A stretch of DNA of 64,000 nt. Source: Antedon mediterranea. Taxonomy: Eukaryota > Animalia > Echinodermata. Below, one piece after another: positions 36,269-47,141 of the stretch. Where the stretch lies: assembly GCF_964355755.1 (NCBI RefSeq), contig NC_092676.1, positions 1,865,788-1,929,787 of the forward strand. The letters run 5' to 3'. Within the stretch, counting starts at the first letter, position 1, and each line of letters opens with the position of its first letter. The position numbers were made by a program, and so were the translations under genes. The notes beneath the pieces are model-generated. The model had not been told where the DNA came from, made no database searches, and saw nothing but the letters and a program-made list of their open reading frames with translations.

Positions 36269-37798
36269 ATGCCTAAGCAGGACTGTATTAAATGTAGGGG
36301 TCCCCGCTCTACCGTGAAGTGGGACCGCCACTTGGAGTGTATAAATTGCCGCACGTGTACCGAGTTGTCGCCGTGCGATGTTTGTGTCCGCTGGACACCG
36401 TCCAAGTTCAAATCGATCCCTAAGCCTAAAGAGCGCACGGAAGCGGTACCACCTTCGGAGGTGGGTACCGTTGATACGGCAGGCCCTCCTGTCGTCGCGC
36501 CGGAAGTTAGCCTTCCAGATATGCCTGCACCGGCTGCGGCCTCTGCGGTTCCGGGGGTGAATGAGTTTTCTCCGGGGTTACTGCAAGCCATTGTTGCAGC
36601 TGTGAGAGCTCTGCCGAGGGATGAGCCTGAGGTACCCTCTCAGATTAGACCTCCTCCCCATATTCCATACATTGATGTTGGCCCACAGCAGACCTCGTTT
36701 TTCGATGGTTCGTCCGTCCGGCAAAGGGATTACGATAGTGACAGGACGATGGCCTCGCTCTCTGACGATGATAGAGATAGCTTACGAGAGCAGGCCGGGC
36801 CAGGGGAGGAAGGTCTGCAGGCGCTAGTTATGCGGACGGTCCCCGCGGTGCTGTCCTTTCTCGGCGTCGATTTCACGTATCGAGAGCCTAAGCATACTCC
36901 TTCGTCTAAGCGGTTTTCCACTTTTGGCGTACGCACGCCCTTTAAGAAGGTATCTTCGTGTCCGGTTACGCCTCTCGATCCAGAACTTGTGGAACGTGTG
37001 GAGCTGATCGCTAAGGAGTCCAAGATTCGTAGGCCTATGCCTTATAGCCTGTCATCGGCTTTTCCGGTGCCGCAGAAACAATTCGAACTGTACATCGCGG
37101 CGCCGAGCGTCCCGGAGGCAGCGAAGGAACGGGTCCGTGAGGACCAGAACCTGGACCCGTCCAGGACTAATTTTTTGAAGCCTTCGGAATCCCGGACAGA
37201 GGACGTCCTTACGTCCGTCGACAGGGCCGCACGCGAGACGCTTAGAGCCGCCTCTATGGCCGGGTACTTGCTATCCTTTCTGGCTGATCCAGAACATCCG
37301 CCTCAGGGCGATTCGGACGTGATAGCTCTACTGCAGCAGATCATGGGCCTGGTTGTTGATCAACAGGCAACGATCTCATTGTCTGCGGCCGCGGCCCGTC
37401 GCGTTAACGTCTTGGGTGCAACTGACATCGCACCGACCGATTTCCGTAGGTTTACTACGTCTGACTCCTTCGGGGCGCAGGACTTGTTCTTTGGCTCCTT
37501 CTCACAGAAGGAGGATAAATGGGCTCGTGAGAGGGAAGCTCGTCGGGAGACAAGAGCGCGCTTCCCGCAAAAACGCCGAGCTAGCAATTCACGCTCAAGG
37601 ACAGCCGCACGACCGCCGCCTGTCCCTGCTGCTCCTCAGCAGATGCAGCCTCCCCCGCCGCCACCGGCTCAGCCTATGCAAAGTCAGGCTTCTACATCAA
37701 GACAGGCTTCACACCCCCCTCGCGGAATGCGAAATAGGGGTGGCAAAGGCGCCACCAACAGAAGTGGTCGCCGGTATTATAATGTGAAGCGCCGGTGA
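36269..37798 (+). CDS. DIRS gag-like ORF1 with N-terminal Cys/His zinc finger
   Basis: CIKC...HLECINCRTCTELSPCDVC; Pro/Arg-rich C-terminus; first ORF after the left ITR. Confidence 0.85.
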   Translation: MPKQDCIKCRGPRSTVKWDRHLECINCRTCTELSPCDVCVRWTPSKFKSIPKPKERTEAVPPSEVGTVDTAGPPVVAPEVSLPDMPAPAAASAVPGVNEFSPGLLQAIVAAVRALPRDEPEVPSQIRPPPHIPYIDVGPQQTSFFDGSSVRQRDYDSDRTMASLSDDDRDSLREQAGPGEEGLQALVMRTVPAVLSFLGVDFTYREPKHTPSSKRFSTFGVRTPFKKVSSCPVTPLDPELVERVELIAKESKIRRPMPYSLSSAFPVPQKQFELYIAAPSVPEAAKERVREDQNLDPSRTNFLKPSESRTEDVLTSVDRAARETLRAASMAGYLLSFLADPEHPPQGDSDVIALLQQIMGLVVDQQATISLSAAAARRVNVLGATDIAPTDFRRFTTSDSFGAQDLFFGSFSQKEDKWAREREARRETRARFPQKRRASNSRSRTAARPPPVPAAPQQMQPPPPPPAQPMQSQASTSRQASHPPRGMRNRGGKGATNRSGRRYYNVKRR

Positions 37799-37838
37799 CG
37801 GCCCGGGGACGCCCGTCCCTCCAAGCGAGGGCGGGCAG

Positions 37839-39821
37839 GTGGGGGGTCGCTTGAAACGGTTTTCACGGGTTTGGGAGACCCTGACCACAGACAGATGGGT
37901 TCTCTCCACCGTGACACACGGGTATCGTATCGAATTCTCGAGCCCTCCGGTGAGCGGAGGTGCCCGGCACACGAGGATTCCGTCAGAGCCGGAAAAGAGT
38001 CAAGCGCTCATGACGGGCCTCGAAGCACTGCTCCAGAAAGGAGCTGTGGTGCATGTTCAAAAAGAACAACTTACGATCCCGGGACACGAATCCACCGTTT
38101 TCCTCGCCCAGAAAAAATCGGGCGATTGGCGACCCATCCTAAACCTCAAAAGTCTGAACAAGCGGTACATCCGGCCCCGCAGGTTCAGGATGGAGACTGT
38201 CTCATCTATCCTGTTGGGGCTAAGACGAGGGGACTGGGCAGCCACAATAGACTTGAAAGACGCGTACTTTCACGTGCCTATTGCGCAAGAACACCAGAGT
38301 TGGCTGCGCTTCCGCATTCACGATCAGGTATACCAATTCGTAGCTCTGCCGTTCGGCCTCTCAACGGCCCCACGAGTGTTTACTCGTCTAGTGAGAACCC
38401 TGGCGGCGTTCTTTCATCAACACGGCATCAGAGTTTTCATGTACTTAGACGATTGGTTGATCGTGGCCCAGTCCAGGGACCAGCTGCTGAGCAGCTTATC
38501 TTTTGTCCGCCTCGTGACGGAACAAGCAGGGTTCATAATAAACGAGGAGAAGTCATGTCTTCTCCCTTCTCAGAACCCTCTGTATCTCGGAGCCCAAATA
38601 AATTTGGTTACGGGCCGTGCGTGCCCATCCATCGAGCGTGTGGCCAAGGCAAGAACTGCAGTGCTACATCTTATCAATGCTCAGGCTCCGACGGCGTACG
38701 ACTGGCTACGCACCTTGGGGTCACTGGCCAGCTTCGTCGCCCTCGTTCCGTTCTGCCGGTTAAGGATGCGGCCTCTACATCTGCACCTTCTGGCAGCGTA
38801 CCGCCCAAGATCAGACTCTCTACACAAAGTGGTTCCAACGAATGCGTTCATTATCTCGCATCTCGAATGGTGGCTCGTGGAAGACAGGTTACTTGTGGGC
38901 ACACCTATACAAAGGTCAATTCCGGATGTCCGTGTGGAAACGGACGCATCCGAAGTAGGCTGGGGCGGTCACATACCGTCTCCGGACATTCGCGTCTCCG
39001 GCCTCTGGTCGCCCGAGGAGACGCGCGCCCACATCAACCTGCTCGAACTATGGGCAGTCGAGCGCTCGTTGGAGGCTCTTCTTCCCCATCTGGCAAATCG
39101 CCATGTTCTCGTCAATTCCGACAACACAACCGTCGTGGCATACATAAACAGGCAAGGGGGTACACGGTCCCCCACGCTATGTTGCCACACGTGGACGTTG
39201 CTAATGTGGTGTATAAGACACAACATCCAACTGTCAGCGGCCCACATTGCGGGTCGTCTGAACATAGTGGCGGACGCACTGTCCCGTCCACTTCTACGTC
39301 CTACGGAATGGCGTCTCCTTCCAATAATCGCCACCCAAATCTTCAACCACTTTGGGCGGCCCCATGTAGATCTGTTTGCGACGTCAGGCAACACGCAGCT
39401 CCCGACGTTCTGCAGTCGATATCGGGATGCACATGCGTGGGCGGTGGATGCCCTGTCCATACCATGGGACAACCTTTGGGCATATGCCTTTCCACCGATT
39501 TCAATACTGCCACTGGTACTGACGCACATTCAGCGCCATCAATGCCGAGTCCTACTAATAGCGCCGTATTGGCCCAGGCAGCCGTGGTTTCCACTGCTTC
39601 TAGGCCTTCTGTACGATCAGCCGTTACGTCTTCCGATTCGGAACGACTTGCTGACGCAGGGCCGAGCTCGGTTTGCTCTACCGAACCTCATATCCCTCGA
39701 CCTGACTGTATGGCCATTGTCAGGGATCGTTTCAGAGACTCAGGCATTCCAGATGGTCCGGCCGCCCTCGCGGCGAAATCCCGACGGGAATCCACTCTTG
39801 CTGTCTACAATAGCCGATTAA
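37839..39821 (+). CDS. DIRS reverse transcriptase / RNase H / methyltransferase-like ORF
   Basis: VGGRL..F...W; WRPILNLK; DLKDAYFH; LPFGL; YLDDW; TDAS..GWG; HINLLEL; DNTT; ADALSR; DLFA; YAFPP; APYWPRQPWF. Confidence 0.95.
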   Translation: MGGRLKRFSRVWETLTTDRWVLSTVTHGYRIEFSSPPVSGGARHTRIPSEPEKSQALMTGLEALLQKGAVVHVQKEQLTIPGHESTVFLAQKKSGDWRPILNLKSLNKRYIRPRRFRMETVSSILLGLRRGDWAATIDLKDAYFHVPIAQEHQSWLRFRIHDQVYQFVALPFGLSTAPRVFTRLVRTLAAFFHQHGIRVFMYLDDWLIVAQSRDQLLSSLSFVRLVTEQAGFIINEEKSCLLPSQNPLYLGAQINLVTGRACPSIERVAKARTAVLHLINAQAPTAYDWLRTLGSLASFVALVPFCRLRMRPLHLHLLAAYRPRSDSLHKVVPTNAFIISHLEWWLVEDRLLVGTPIQRSIPDVRVETDASEVGWGGHIPSPDIRVSGLWSPEETRAHINLLELWAVERSLEALLPHLANRHVLVNSDNTTVVAYINRQGGTRSPTLCCHTWTLLMWCIRHNIQLSAAHIAGRLNIVADALSRPLLRPTEWRLLPIIATQIFNHFGRPHVDLFATSGNTQLPTFCSRYRDAHAWAVDALSIPWDNLWAYAFPPISILPLVLTHIQRHQCRVLLIAPYWPRQPWFPLLLGLLYDQPLRLPIRNDLLTQGRARFALPNLISLDLTVWPLSGIVSETQAFQMVRPPSRRNPDGNPLLLSTIAD

Positions 39822-40738
39822 AACACTTTTTCGAATGGTGCAAGCGCCAGAAGACCGACCCTATGAAAGTGACTTTGGGCCAGGTCTGCGCTTTCCTACA
39901 TTACCTGTTTGAGTCAGGTCTGCAGGTTCGCACCGTATCCGGCTCTCGGTCTGCCTTGGCTGCAGTAATTCCCAACTTTAAAGACGGCTCGACCATCTCT
40001 TCATCCCCTGCAATTTCCAGTTTGCTTCGCGGGATGTTTCGAGAACGGCCTCCTACTAAGGCCCTGATTCCACGTTGGGACGTCAATGTCGTCCTAGCCG
40101 CTCTTATGCGTCCACCCTTCGAGCCCCTGAGTAGGGCATCACTTTACAACCTGACTCTCAAAACTGCCTTTTTGATTGCACTAGCCTCGTGCAAGCGCAG
40201 AGGTGAACTGCACGCTCTTTCTCTGGAGCCAGGGCACATCAGGTTTGAACGGGGTGGCGCGCGGTTGGTTTTTAGGAAAGATTTCCTTGCAAAATCTCAG
40301 ACATTGAACTTCTCGCCGCCGACTGTGTTTATTCCCACCATTGCTGCATATTCAGGGGTTGAGGAAGACAGACTTTGGTGCCCGGTGCGGGCACTAAAGT
40401 TTTACATCAAACGCACAGAGTCCATTCGGGTCTCAGCGTCACATCTGTTCGTATCGACAGTTGCACCCTTCCGACCGGCTGCTCGGTCGACGCTGGCAAA
40501 CTGGGTCGTGGCAGCCATCCGGGCTGGTTACGACTCCACAAATACGCCTCCTCCGGCACATATGCACCAAGTGCGTGGCATAGCCGCTTCATGGGCGCTG
40601 TTTGCTGGGGTGCCCCTTCCAGACATCCTGCAAGCGGCATGGTGGCGATCACAGTCCACCTTCACATCCCACTACCTGTCGGATACCTCCGCAAACCAGT
40701 CTACGGTGGCGGCTTCAATCTTGAAGCCCAGACACTAG
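37871..40738 (+). CDS. DIRS tyrosine recombinase ORF, N-terminal about 650 codons overlapping RT in another frame
   Basis: C-terminal lambda-integrase motifs KRRGELHAL, CPVRAL, HQVR and W..QSTF..HY; first ATG at 37895. Confidence 0.93.
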   Translation: MGDPDHRQMGSLHRDTRVSYRILEPSGERRCPAHEDSVRAGKESSAHDGPRSTAPERSCGACSKRTTYDPGTRIHRFPRPEKIGRLATHPKPQKSEQAVHPAPQVQDGDCLIYPVGAKTRGLGSHNRLERRVLSRAYCARTPELAALPHSRSGIPIRSSAVRPLNGPTSVYSSSENPGGVLSSTRHQSFHVLRRLVDRGPVQGPAAEQLIFCPPRDGTSRVHNKRGEVMSSPFSEPSVSRSPNKFGYGPCVPIHRACGQGKNCSATSYQCSGSDGVRLATHLGVTGQLRRPRSVLPVKDAASTSAPSGSVPPKIRLSTQSGSNECVHYLASRMVARGRQVTCGHTYTKVNSGCPCGNGRIRSRLGRSHTVSGHSRLRPLVARGDARPHQPARTMGSRALVGGSSSPSGKSPCSRQFRQHNRRGIHKQARGYTVPHAMLPHVDVANVVYKTQHPTVSGPHCGSSEHSGGRTVPSTSTSYGMASPSNNRHPNLQPLWAAPCRSVCDVRQHAAPDVLQSISGCTCVGGGCPVHTMGQPLGICLSTDFNTATGTDAHSAPSMPSPTNSAVLAQAAVVSTASRPSVRSAVTSSDSERLADAGPSSVCSTEPHIPRPDCMAIVRDRFRDSGIPDGPAALAAKSRRESTLAVYNSRLKHFFEWCKRQKTDPMKVTLGQVCAFLHYLFESGLQVRTVSGSRSALAAVIPNFKDGSTISSSPAISSLLRGMFRERPPTKALIPRWDVNVVLAALMRPPFEPLSRASLYNLTLKTAFLIALASCKRRGELHALSLEPGHIRFERGGARLVFRKDFLAKSQTLNFSPPTVFIPTIAAYSGVEEDRLWCPVRALKFYIKRTESIRVSASHLFVSTVAPFRPAARSTLANWVVAAIRAGYDSTNTPPPAHMHQVRGIAASWALFAGVPLPDILQAAWWRSQSTFTSHYLSDTSANQSTVAASILKPRH

Positions 40739-41141
40739 GTATGTATGACAATGTTTACCTTGCCTCCCGCCTCCGACTAGACTCTAGTCCGGTGCTACAC
40801 TGGCTTATGTTGGTTTATCCAGGTAAGCTAGGCACGATATAGACTACACAAACCAACAGTGGTGTTGGTAGTCTATGAGTGCCGCTTACCTGGATAAACG
40901 CCCTCCCTACCGTCCCCTCAGGCAGGTGGTCTTGAGAAATGATGACGATGATAAGTGGGTGTGTCTCACTTGAGGGCGTACTGGTGGCGGACTGATCCAT
41001 TATCCGACGGGGGTGGGGAAAAATTAATGTTATTAATGTTCTTCTTTTCGTAATGTTTACCTCTCGTCGAAGAGAGAGGCTTATGTTGGTTTATCCAGGT
41101 AAGCGGCACTCATAGACTACCAACACCACTGTTGGTTTGTG

Positions 41142-41933
41142 TAATATAAATATTCTGACCATATTAGTAAAATATAAATCTGGTTTAAACCCCACATAAT
41201 ATAAATATTCTGACCATATTAGTAAAATATAAATCTGGTTTAAACCCCACATAATATAAATATTCTGACCATATTAGTAAAATATAAATCTGGTTTCAAC
41301 CCCACATAATATAAATATTCTGACCATATTAGTAAAATATAAATCTGGTTTAAATCCCACATAATATAAATATTCTGACCATATTAGTAAAATATAAATC
41401 TGGTTTAAACCCCACATAATATAAATATTCTGACCATATTAGTAAAATATAAATCTGGTTTAAACCCCACATAATATAAATATTCTGACCATATTAGTAA
41501 AATATAAATCTGGTTTAAACCCCACATAATATAAATATTCTGACCATATTAGTAAAATATAAATCTGGTTTAAACCCCACATAATATAAATATTCTGACC
41601 ATATTAGTAAAATATAAATCTGGTTTAAACCCCACATTATATAAATATTCTGACCAAATAGTAAAATATAAATCTGGTTTAAACCCCACATAATATAAAT
41701 ATTCTGACCATATTAGTAAAATATAAATCTGGTTTAAACCCCACATAATATAAATATTCTGACCGTTAGTAAAATATAAATCTGGTTTAAACCCCACATA
41801 ATATAAATATTCTGACCATATTAGTAAAATATAAATCTGGTTTAAACCCCACATAATATAAATATTCTGACCATATTAGTAAAATATAAATCTGGTTTAA
41901 ACCCCACATAATATAAATATTCTGACCATATTA
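41142..41933 (+). repeat. 55-bp satellite, right part (about 14 copies)
   Basis: Resumes in register (TA-atataaatattc) after the DIRS right end. Confidence 0.95.
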
Positions 41934-44900
41934 AAATAATATTACACATATTGACTCTCAAAAGAGGGGTTCTGCTTATAATAAACATTTAATCTAATCT
42001 TATTTGCATGAATCAATCCATAAAATTAAATTACCAATTAATAAAGAAATAATTAAAACCAATTTACTGTTTAATTGTATTATGACTTTCATCTAATTTG
42101 CAAATGGGATGATGAATCCAATGCTCATTTTCTAGTAATCATTCTTGCTTTCATAACTAAAGCATTGTTAGTTTTTTTTCCCAACACATTTAGAGTCTTT
42201 AATATAACCTGAAAGGTAAGCAGTCAGAGGTATTGTGTGCTGGCTTTTATTATAATTTGGCTGAAATAAAGATCTCTATGACTCGATGGTTCCATTATCT
42301 GATAGGGGTGATGATTCAACTGATTTCTTCTCTTTGTATAAAATGTATCCTCTCTTTGAAGTAACATTGGTTTATCCAGAATAAGTGGAACTAATAGATT
42401 TCGTGATCGGCACTCGTAGATGTTTGAATTGGAGTATTTATACCAACACTGTTCCTATTTAACTCAACTCAGCCTTGTTAAATAGATTCAGTCAACTATT
42501 GAAATATTCTTGCCATTCAACTCATGACATATTCTACCCATTCAACTCATGATTTAATTATTTCCATTTAGCTCATGAAATATTCTCACCATCTAACTCA
42601 TAAACATACATTATTTGTACCATGATTTTGTGATGTGTTGCTGTAATAATTTTAAGTAGTCTTTATAAATTCAAGCATTAAAATCAGAATGCATGATGCA
42701 CTAACTTTTCACACATTTACAAGAGTCAAATTATGAGCCGAGGCATCAGACAAAAGAGGCACACATGCTGTAATGATCTATGCTTTAATGAGCCTTTCCA
42801 TATTATGATATGCATCATTGCCTAATTATTCCACCATCCACTCCTGTCAGAGGATTAACTTGGGAGAAACAGCCGCTCGCTGTTATGCACTAGTTTCCCA
42901 ATGTTTCTCCACATATCTGTTTCAATGAGTTTCGCTCGATAATTATTCTTTCACCGAACAATGAATTGATTGGACCGTGTTACCCGGGAGCAAGTAATGT
43001 TGTTTACATTACAGCGAGTATGTGAGCATTATGCGTAGCATGAACATGACGACGATGGCAAATCATAAAATCACTAAAATAATCAATCATTTCTTGTAAT
43101 TCAATGTTAATGGCTACAATTGATGTACAGATGTAGGTACAAAGACGAGGCTACTTACAATTGATATGTCAGTCTGGCAGTCAGTCCTTTGATAAAGTTG
43201 GCAGTAATTTAATTCAAGTACATGAATATTTAAATTAGTATAAATTTGCCAAACACTGAATTTATTATTATTATTATTATTGCAAACTTTCTTTGATATA
43301 CATTTATTTTGTCGACGTAATCATAACATTTTAAGCAGTGAATCCAGGGGTAGTGTTTAGGTCACCCCATTGATAGCTAAAATGACATTTTGATGTCTAT
43401 TTTTGACAGATTATTATATTCTGGCACTTTTCGTTAAAAAAAATAGGTTCATCCTATAAAGATTTAAATTTAATTTATTTCATGATATCACTAACATTAT
43501 ATGCCTTCTATATTATATGTGTATTGTTTTGCTTGTGTTTTTCTTCCAAGAAAACGCTTATCATTGTACTATATGTATGAATGACTTAATAAATCGAATC
43601 TGAATCTGAATCTCCTCCATCCAAGCCTGGTTTATAGAATTTAGTGGAAAAGTGGTGTACAAACAGTGTGTATTAACACAATTTTGCATTTAAAAAAAAA
43701 CTGCCATAGAAGATAAATAAAAAGGCGTAAATACATTAAGTTACAAATTGCCGTTATCACTACCATTGGAAGATAAAAAGTGATTTCATATTATCTAGGA
43801 CGTACTAATGTGTAGGTTTAAATTTCATCAGTTTGCTTCTACAGCTGATAACACTAGATGATTAAAGGGAGAGTAAACGTGTTCTACTTCTATTTGACCT
43901 TTAAATCATTGCTGTTGATTATCTCCCTATAATTACATTTAATGATTGAAAGTTTAAAAGAGTCATGCTCGCATTTGTGAATGAAATTGATAAAAACAGC
44001 TATTCTTGATGATAATTAGTTATATTTATTTTTTAAAGTAAGCGCATTTGGGATTTAAGGTGTAATGGGACTATATACCATTTCAACAAAGTCATAACTT
44101 GTTGATATTTATCAATGTAAAACATAATGTATACATTAAGGATTTGATCTCAATCCATAATTTGTTTACACTAAGTTATTGCATTAAATTTCAATCAATA
44201 ACTTAATAGCATGGGATAGATTGAATATTAATCAACCTAACGCTCTGTCTACACTATCAAACTAGTTTGACAACAAAAGTTTGATGTGCCCAAATATGGT
44301 AGTGATATGCCTAGATATGGTAGTGATGTGCCCAAATATGATAGTGATATGACATCATCATGTCCATATATGGGCACATCACATTTTTGTGTCACATAAA
44401 GTTTGGTAGTGTAGACAGGGATTTGGTTAATGAATTTGTCAAAATAGTAACTACATGAAAATTTAGAAAGATAATGGTTTATTGATTTTCTTGCCTGTTA
44501 TGTGTAGTATACTAGAATGTTACCCTAGTGGATGTTTGACATCCCTAAAATATATTTTGCATGTTATTCTAATTTTGAGATGGCTTTTTCTCATTCTCAC
44601 AGATTTCCTCATCTTTATTATTTCTAAATTAAATAATACTCCGTATATAACAGGGTTTAGAAGTCTATTTCGTGCCTAGTTGCTGGATAAAACGACATTG
44701 GCCTATTCTCTCTGAGAAGAGAGCTAGAATTGGAATATATAAAGTTTATGAAACACCCCCATCAGATAATGGTACATCCCATGTGTATTTGTTATGTTCA
44801 GCTTTGATTACTACTAAACTTTACAATGTTAATTAATTAATGTTGCAAGAGGTTTTGTCACTTTCAACTAGGTTGCATAACATTCATCAAAGTCTATACC

Positions 44901-47069
44901 TGCTATAAACCTACATTTTGTAGACAATTTGAACTTTGGTATTGTTGCTTATTCCCACAAATTGATTTGTATCGTACCGTTTTATATTGTCTATGAATTC
45001 CAAAGGTCAGCAAGGCTTAATGCCGATTGTGTGTGTTTCTGTCCAATCAGACCGTATCCAGTGTGTTGTATTTTACTGACAGTAAAATTAAGACTAGCTA
45101 CAACTATTAACATTTAATTACTGCAGCAATTATAACATGCTAACTGCAGTAATTATTGTTGCTCTTATGATATATAAACACATTGAGATATATGGTGATA
45201 GACTGGTTACCCAATCTGATCTGCAACTTTTTGTCTAATTTGCGTCCCCTACGTTTTTGCCTGTGCAGTATATCAATCTTTTTTTTTAGGCAGGGGGGGG
45301 GGGGGGGTATAATAGATAAGGTTTATTATGCTGAAAAATCTGATAACATTGTTTACCCAGACTGCCATACTTATTTAAATTTTAAGAATTGTGTGTTTTT
45401 AAAACTATTTAAGGTATTTAATATATTTTTGGTTTAATATCAAACTGTCATATTTGCATTTAAGAATTGTCTAATTTTTAAAAACTAAAGATATTTTGGT
45501 TTGATAATCAAATTGAATTAAAACACCATTGTATCAAGCAGTTAATTAATAGTGCTACTGCTGTACGTATGGCAGAATAGAAACAATATATGAAACATCA
45601 TAAAATGTTGAGTTGACCTGCGGAACACACCTGTATATTAGCGTGAAAGGCAGTTAATGATATTCAGTATCTAGATTGATAATTCGCCTCAAAATGATCG
45701 CAACCTCGTACAATCGCTAATAGCATTCGGATTATTAATGAGCCTGACTTCAGTAGCGACTAATATGCTACACTTTTCACAATGGTTTCTGTAGTTTAGG
45801 CCTTTACAATTTTATTTTATAATCAAAATACTGTGACTGAAGATGAATACAAATCTATCTATCAGATATCTATTCTATTGTATTGTCCTATCTCGTCTCT
45901 CATTGATTCTTGCTGCTGATTTGTGTTTCAATTTAACCATGGAAAAATAACTTCACATTTGTAGAATTATTTTAAAATGTTAAAGAAAAATTTTCTTTAA
46001 TGAAAAATATGACATCATCTGATGTCCATATTATGGGCACATCGCATTTTTTGTCACATAACATTTGATAGTGTAGACAGGGCTTAAAAATAAATAAAAA
46101 ATGTTTTCCTAATTGTATTTTCTAAATCCTTGGATACAACATTTAATTTAATATTTTAATGATTTTGTATATACAGTATTTTGGATAATTTATTCCTCTT
46201 TGTCAATATCATCTTCCGAAAATTAAATATTTCTTGTTGATCGATTTTACTGAAACCTTGGACAATGGCTTTTAAATTATCAATGCCTTGATAAATGATT
46301 TTAATATTTCATGAAGGTTTTTATATTTTAAAATATTATTAGTCTGATCTTTGTCAATGCCATCTCAATCTTTCTGAAACCTCAGACAATGATTATACAA
46401 TGCCTTTAGTGGAAGGTGATAGGTAGGTTACCCAATGTGATCTACCACCCATTGTCAAATTTGTGACCCTACTTTTTTGACTGTGCAGTATATTTTTCTG
46501 AAATGTTAGACAATGATTATACAATGTGTTTGATATTTTCTTAATTGTCTGGTTTTTATATTTTAAAATATTAATACCATTGTCATTGTCATCAATGTCA
46601 TTGGGATTATTTACCCATCATACTCATTTATACAATTTTAAAATATCTCATGTTTAAGGCCACACTGTGTCATTGTTTTGGATCACTTTATATAATTTTA
46701 TGTCTATTTCGTGCCTAGCTTACCTGGATAAACTGACAATGGCCCTTTCTCTTCAAAGAGCTAGATATCACGCGAAAAGTAGAAATTATCATTGAACACC
46801 CCTTTCCAAATAGTGTAACATATCCTATATATAAGTATTTTACTAGAGCAACCTAATGTATACTTGAGTTGTTTTTACTTGCTTAATATCCAATATGTAA
46901 AAGATGTATATTATGACATATATATGATTATTATCATTATTATGAGATATATATATATAAACACATCAGGCAATGAACATTAATTCTAAACCGCCCGGTG
47001 ATATACTGAAATTTAATTAATTAATTTGAAACGATAAAGATGAGGAAATCTGTGAGAATGAGAAAAAGT

Positions 47070-47141
47070 CGCCCCAACCGAGACTCGAACTCGGACCGCC
47101 TGCTTGATATGCAGATGTCCTAACCATTAGACCACTGGGGC
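47070..47141 (-). tRNA. tRNA-like gene or pseudogene with ATC (Asp) anticodon; may be a SINE head
   Basis: Cloverleaf: acceptor GCCCCAG/TTGGGGC; D arm GTCTAATGGTTAGGAC; anticodon arm TCTGC-ATATCAA-GCAGG; T arm CCGAG-TTCGAGT-CTCGG; followed by ACTTTTT. Confidence 0.6.

Larger units (their letters stand above)
35777..41143 (+). mobile_element. Full-length DIRS1-type tyrosine-recombinase retrotransposon
   Basis: Apparently identical 170-bp ITRs (35795-35964 and 40935-41104); internal complementary region at about 40802-40899; gag, RT/RH/MT and YR ORFs open; much higher GC than the host DNA. Confidence 0.96.

Noticed and set aside
42700-43060. Non-repetitive, slightly GC-richer intronic stretch as a possible enhancer or alternative first exon
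   Set aside because: Cannot be supported without cross-species conservation or expression data.
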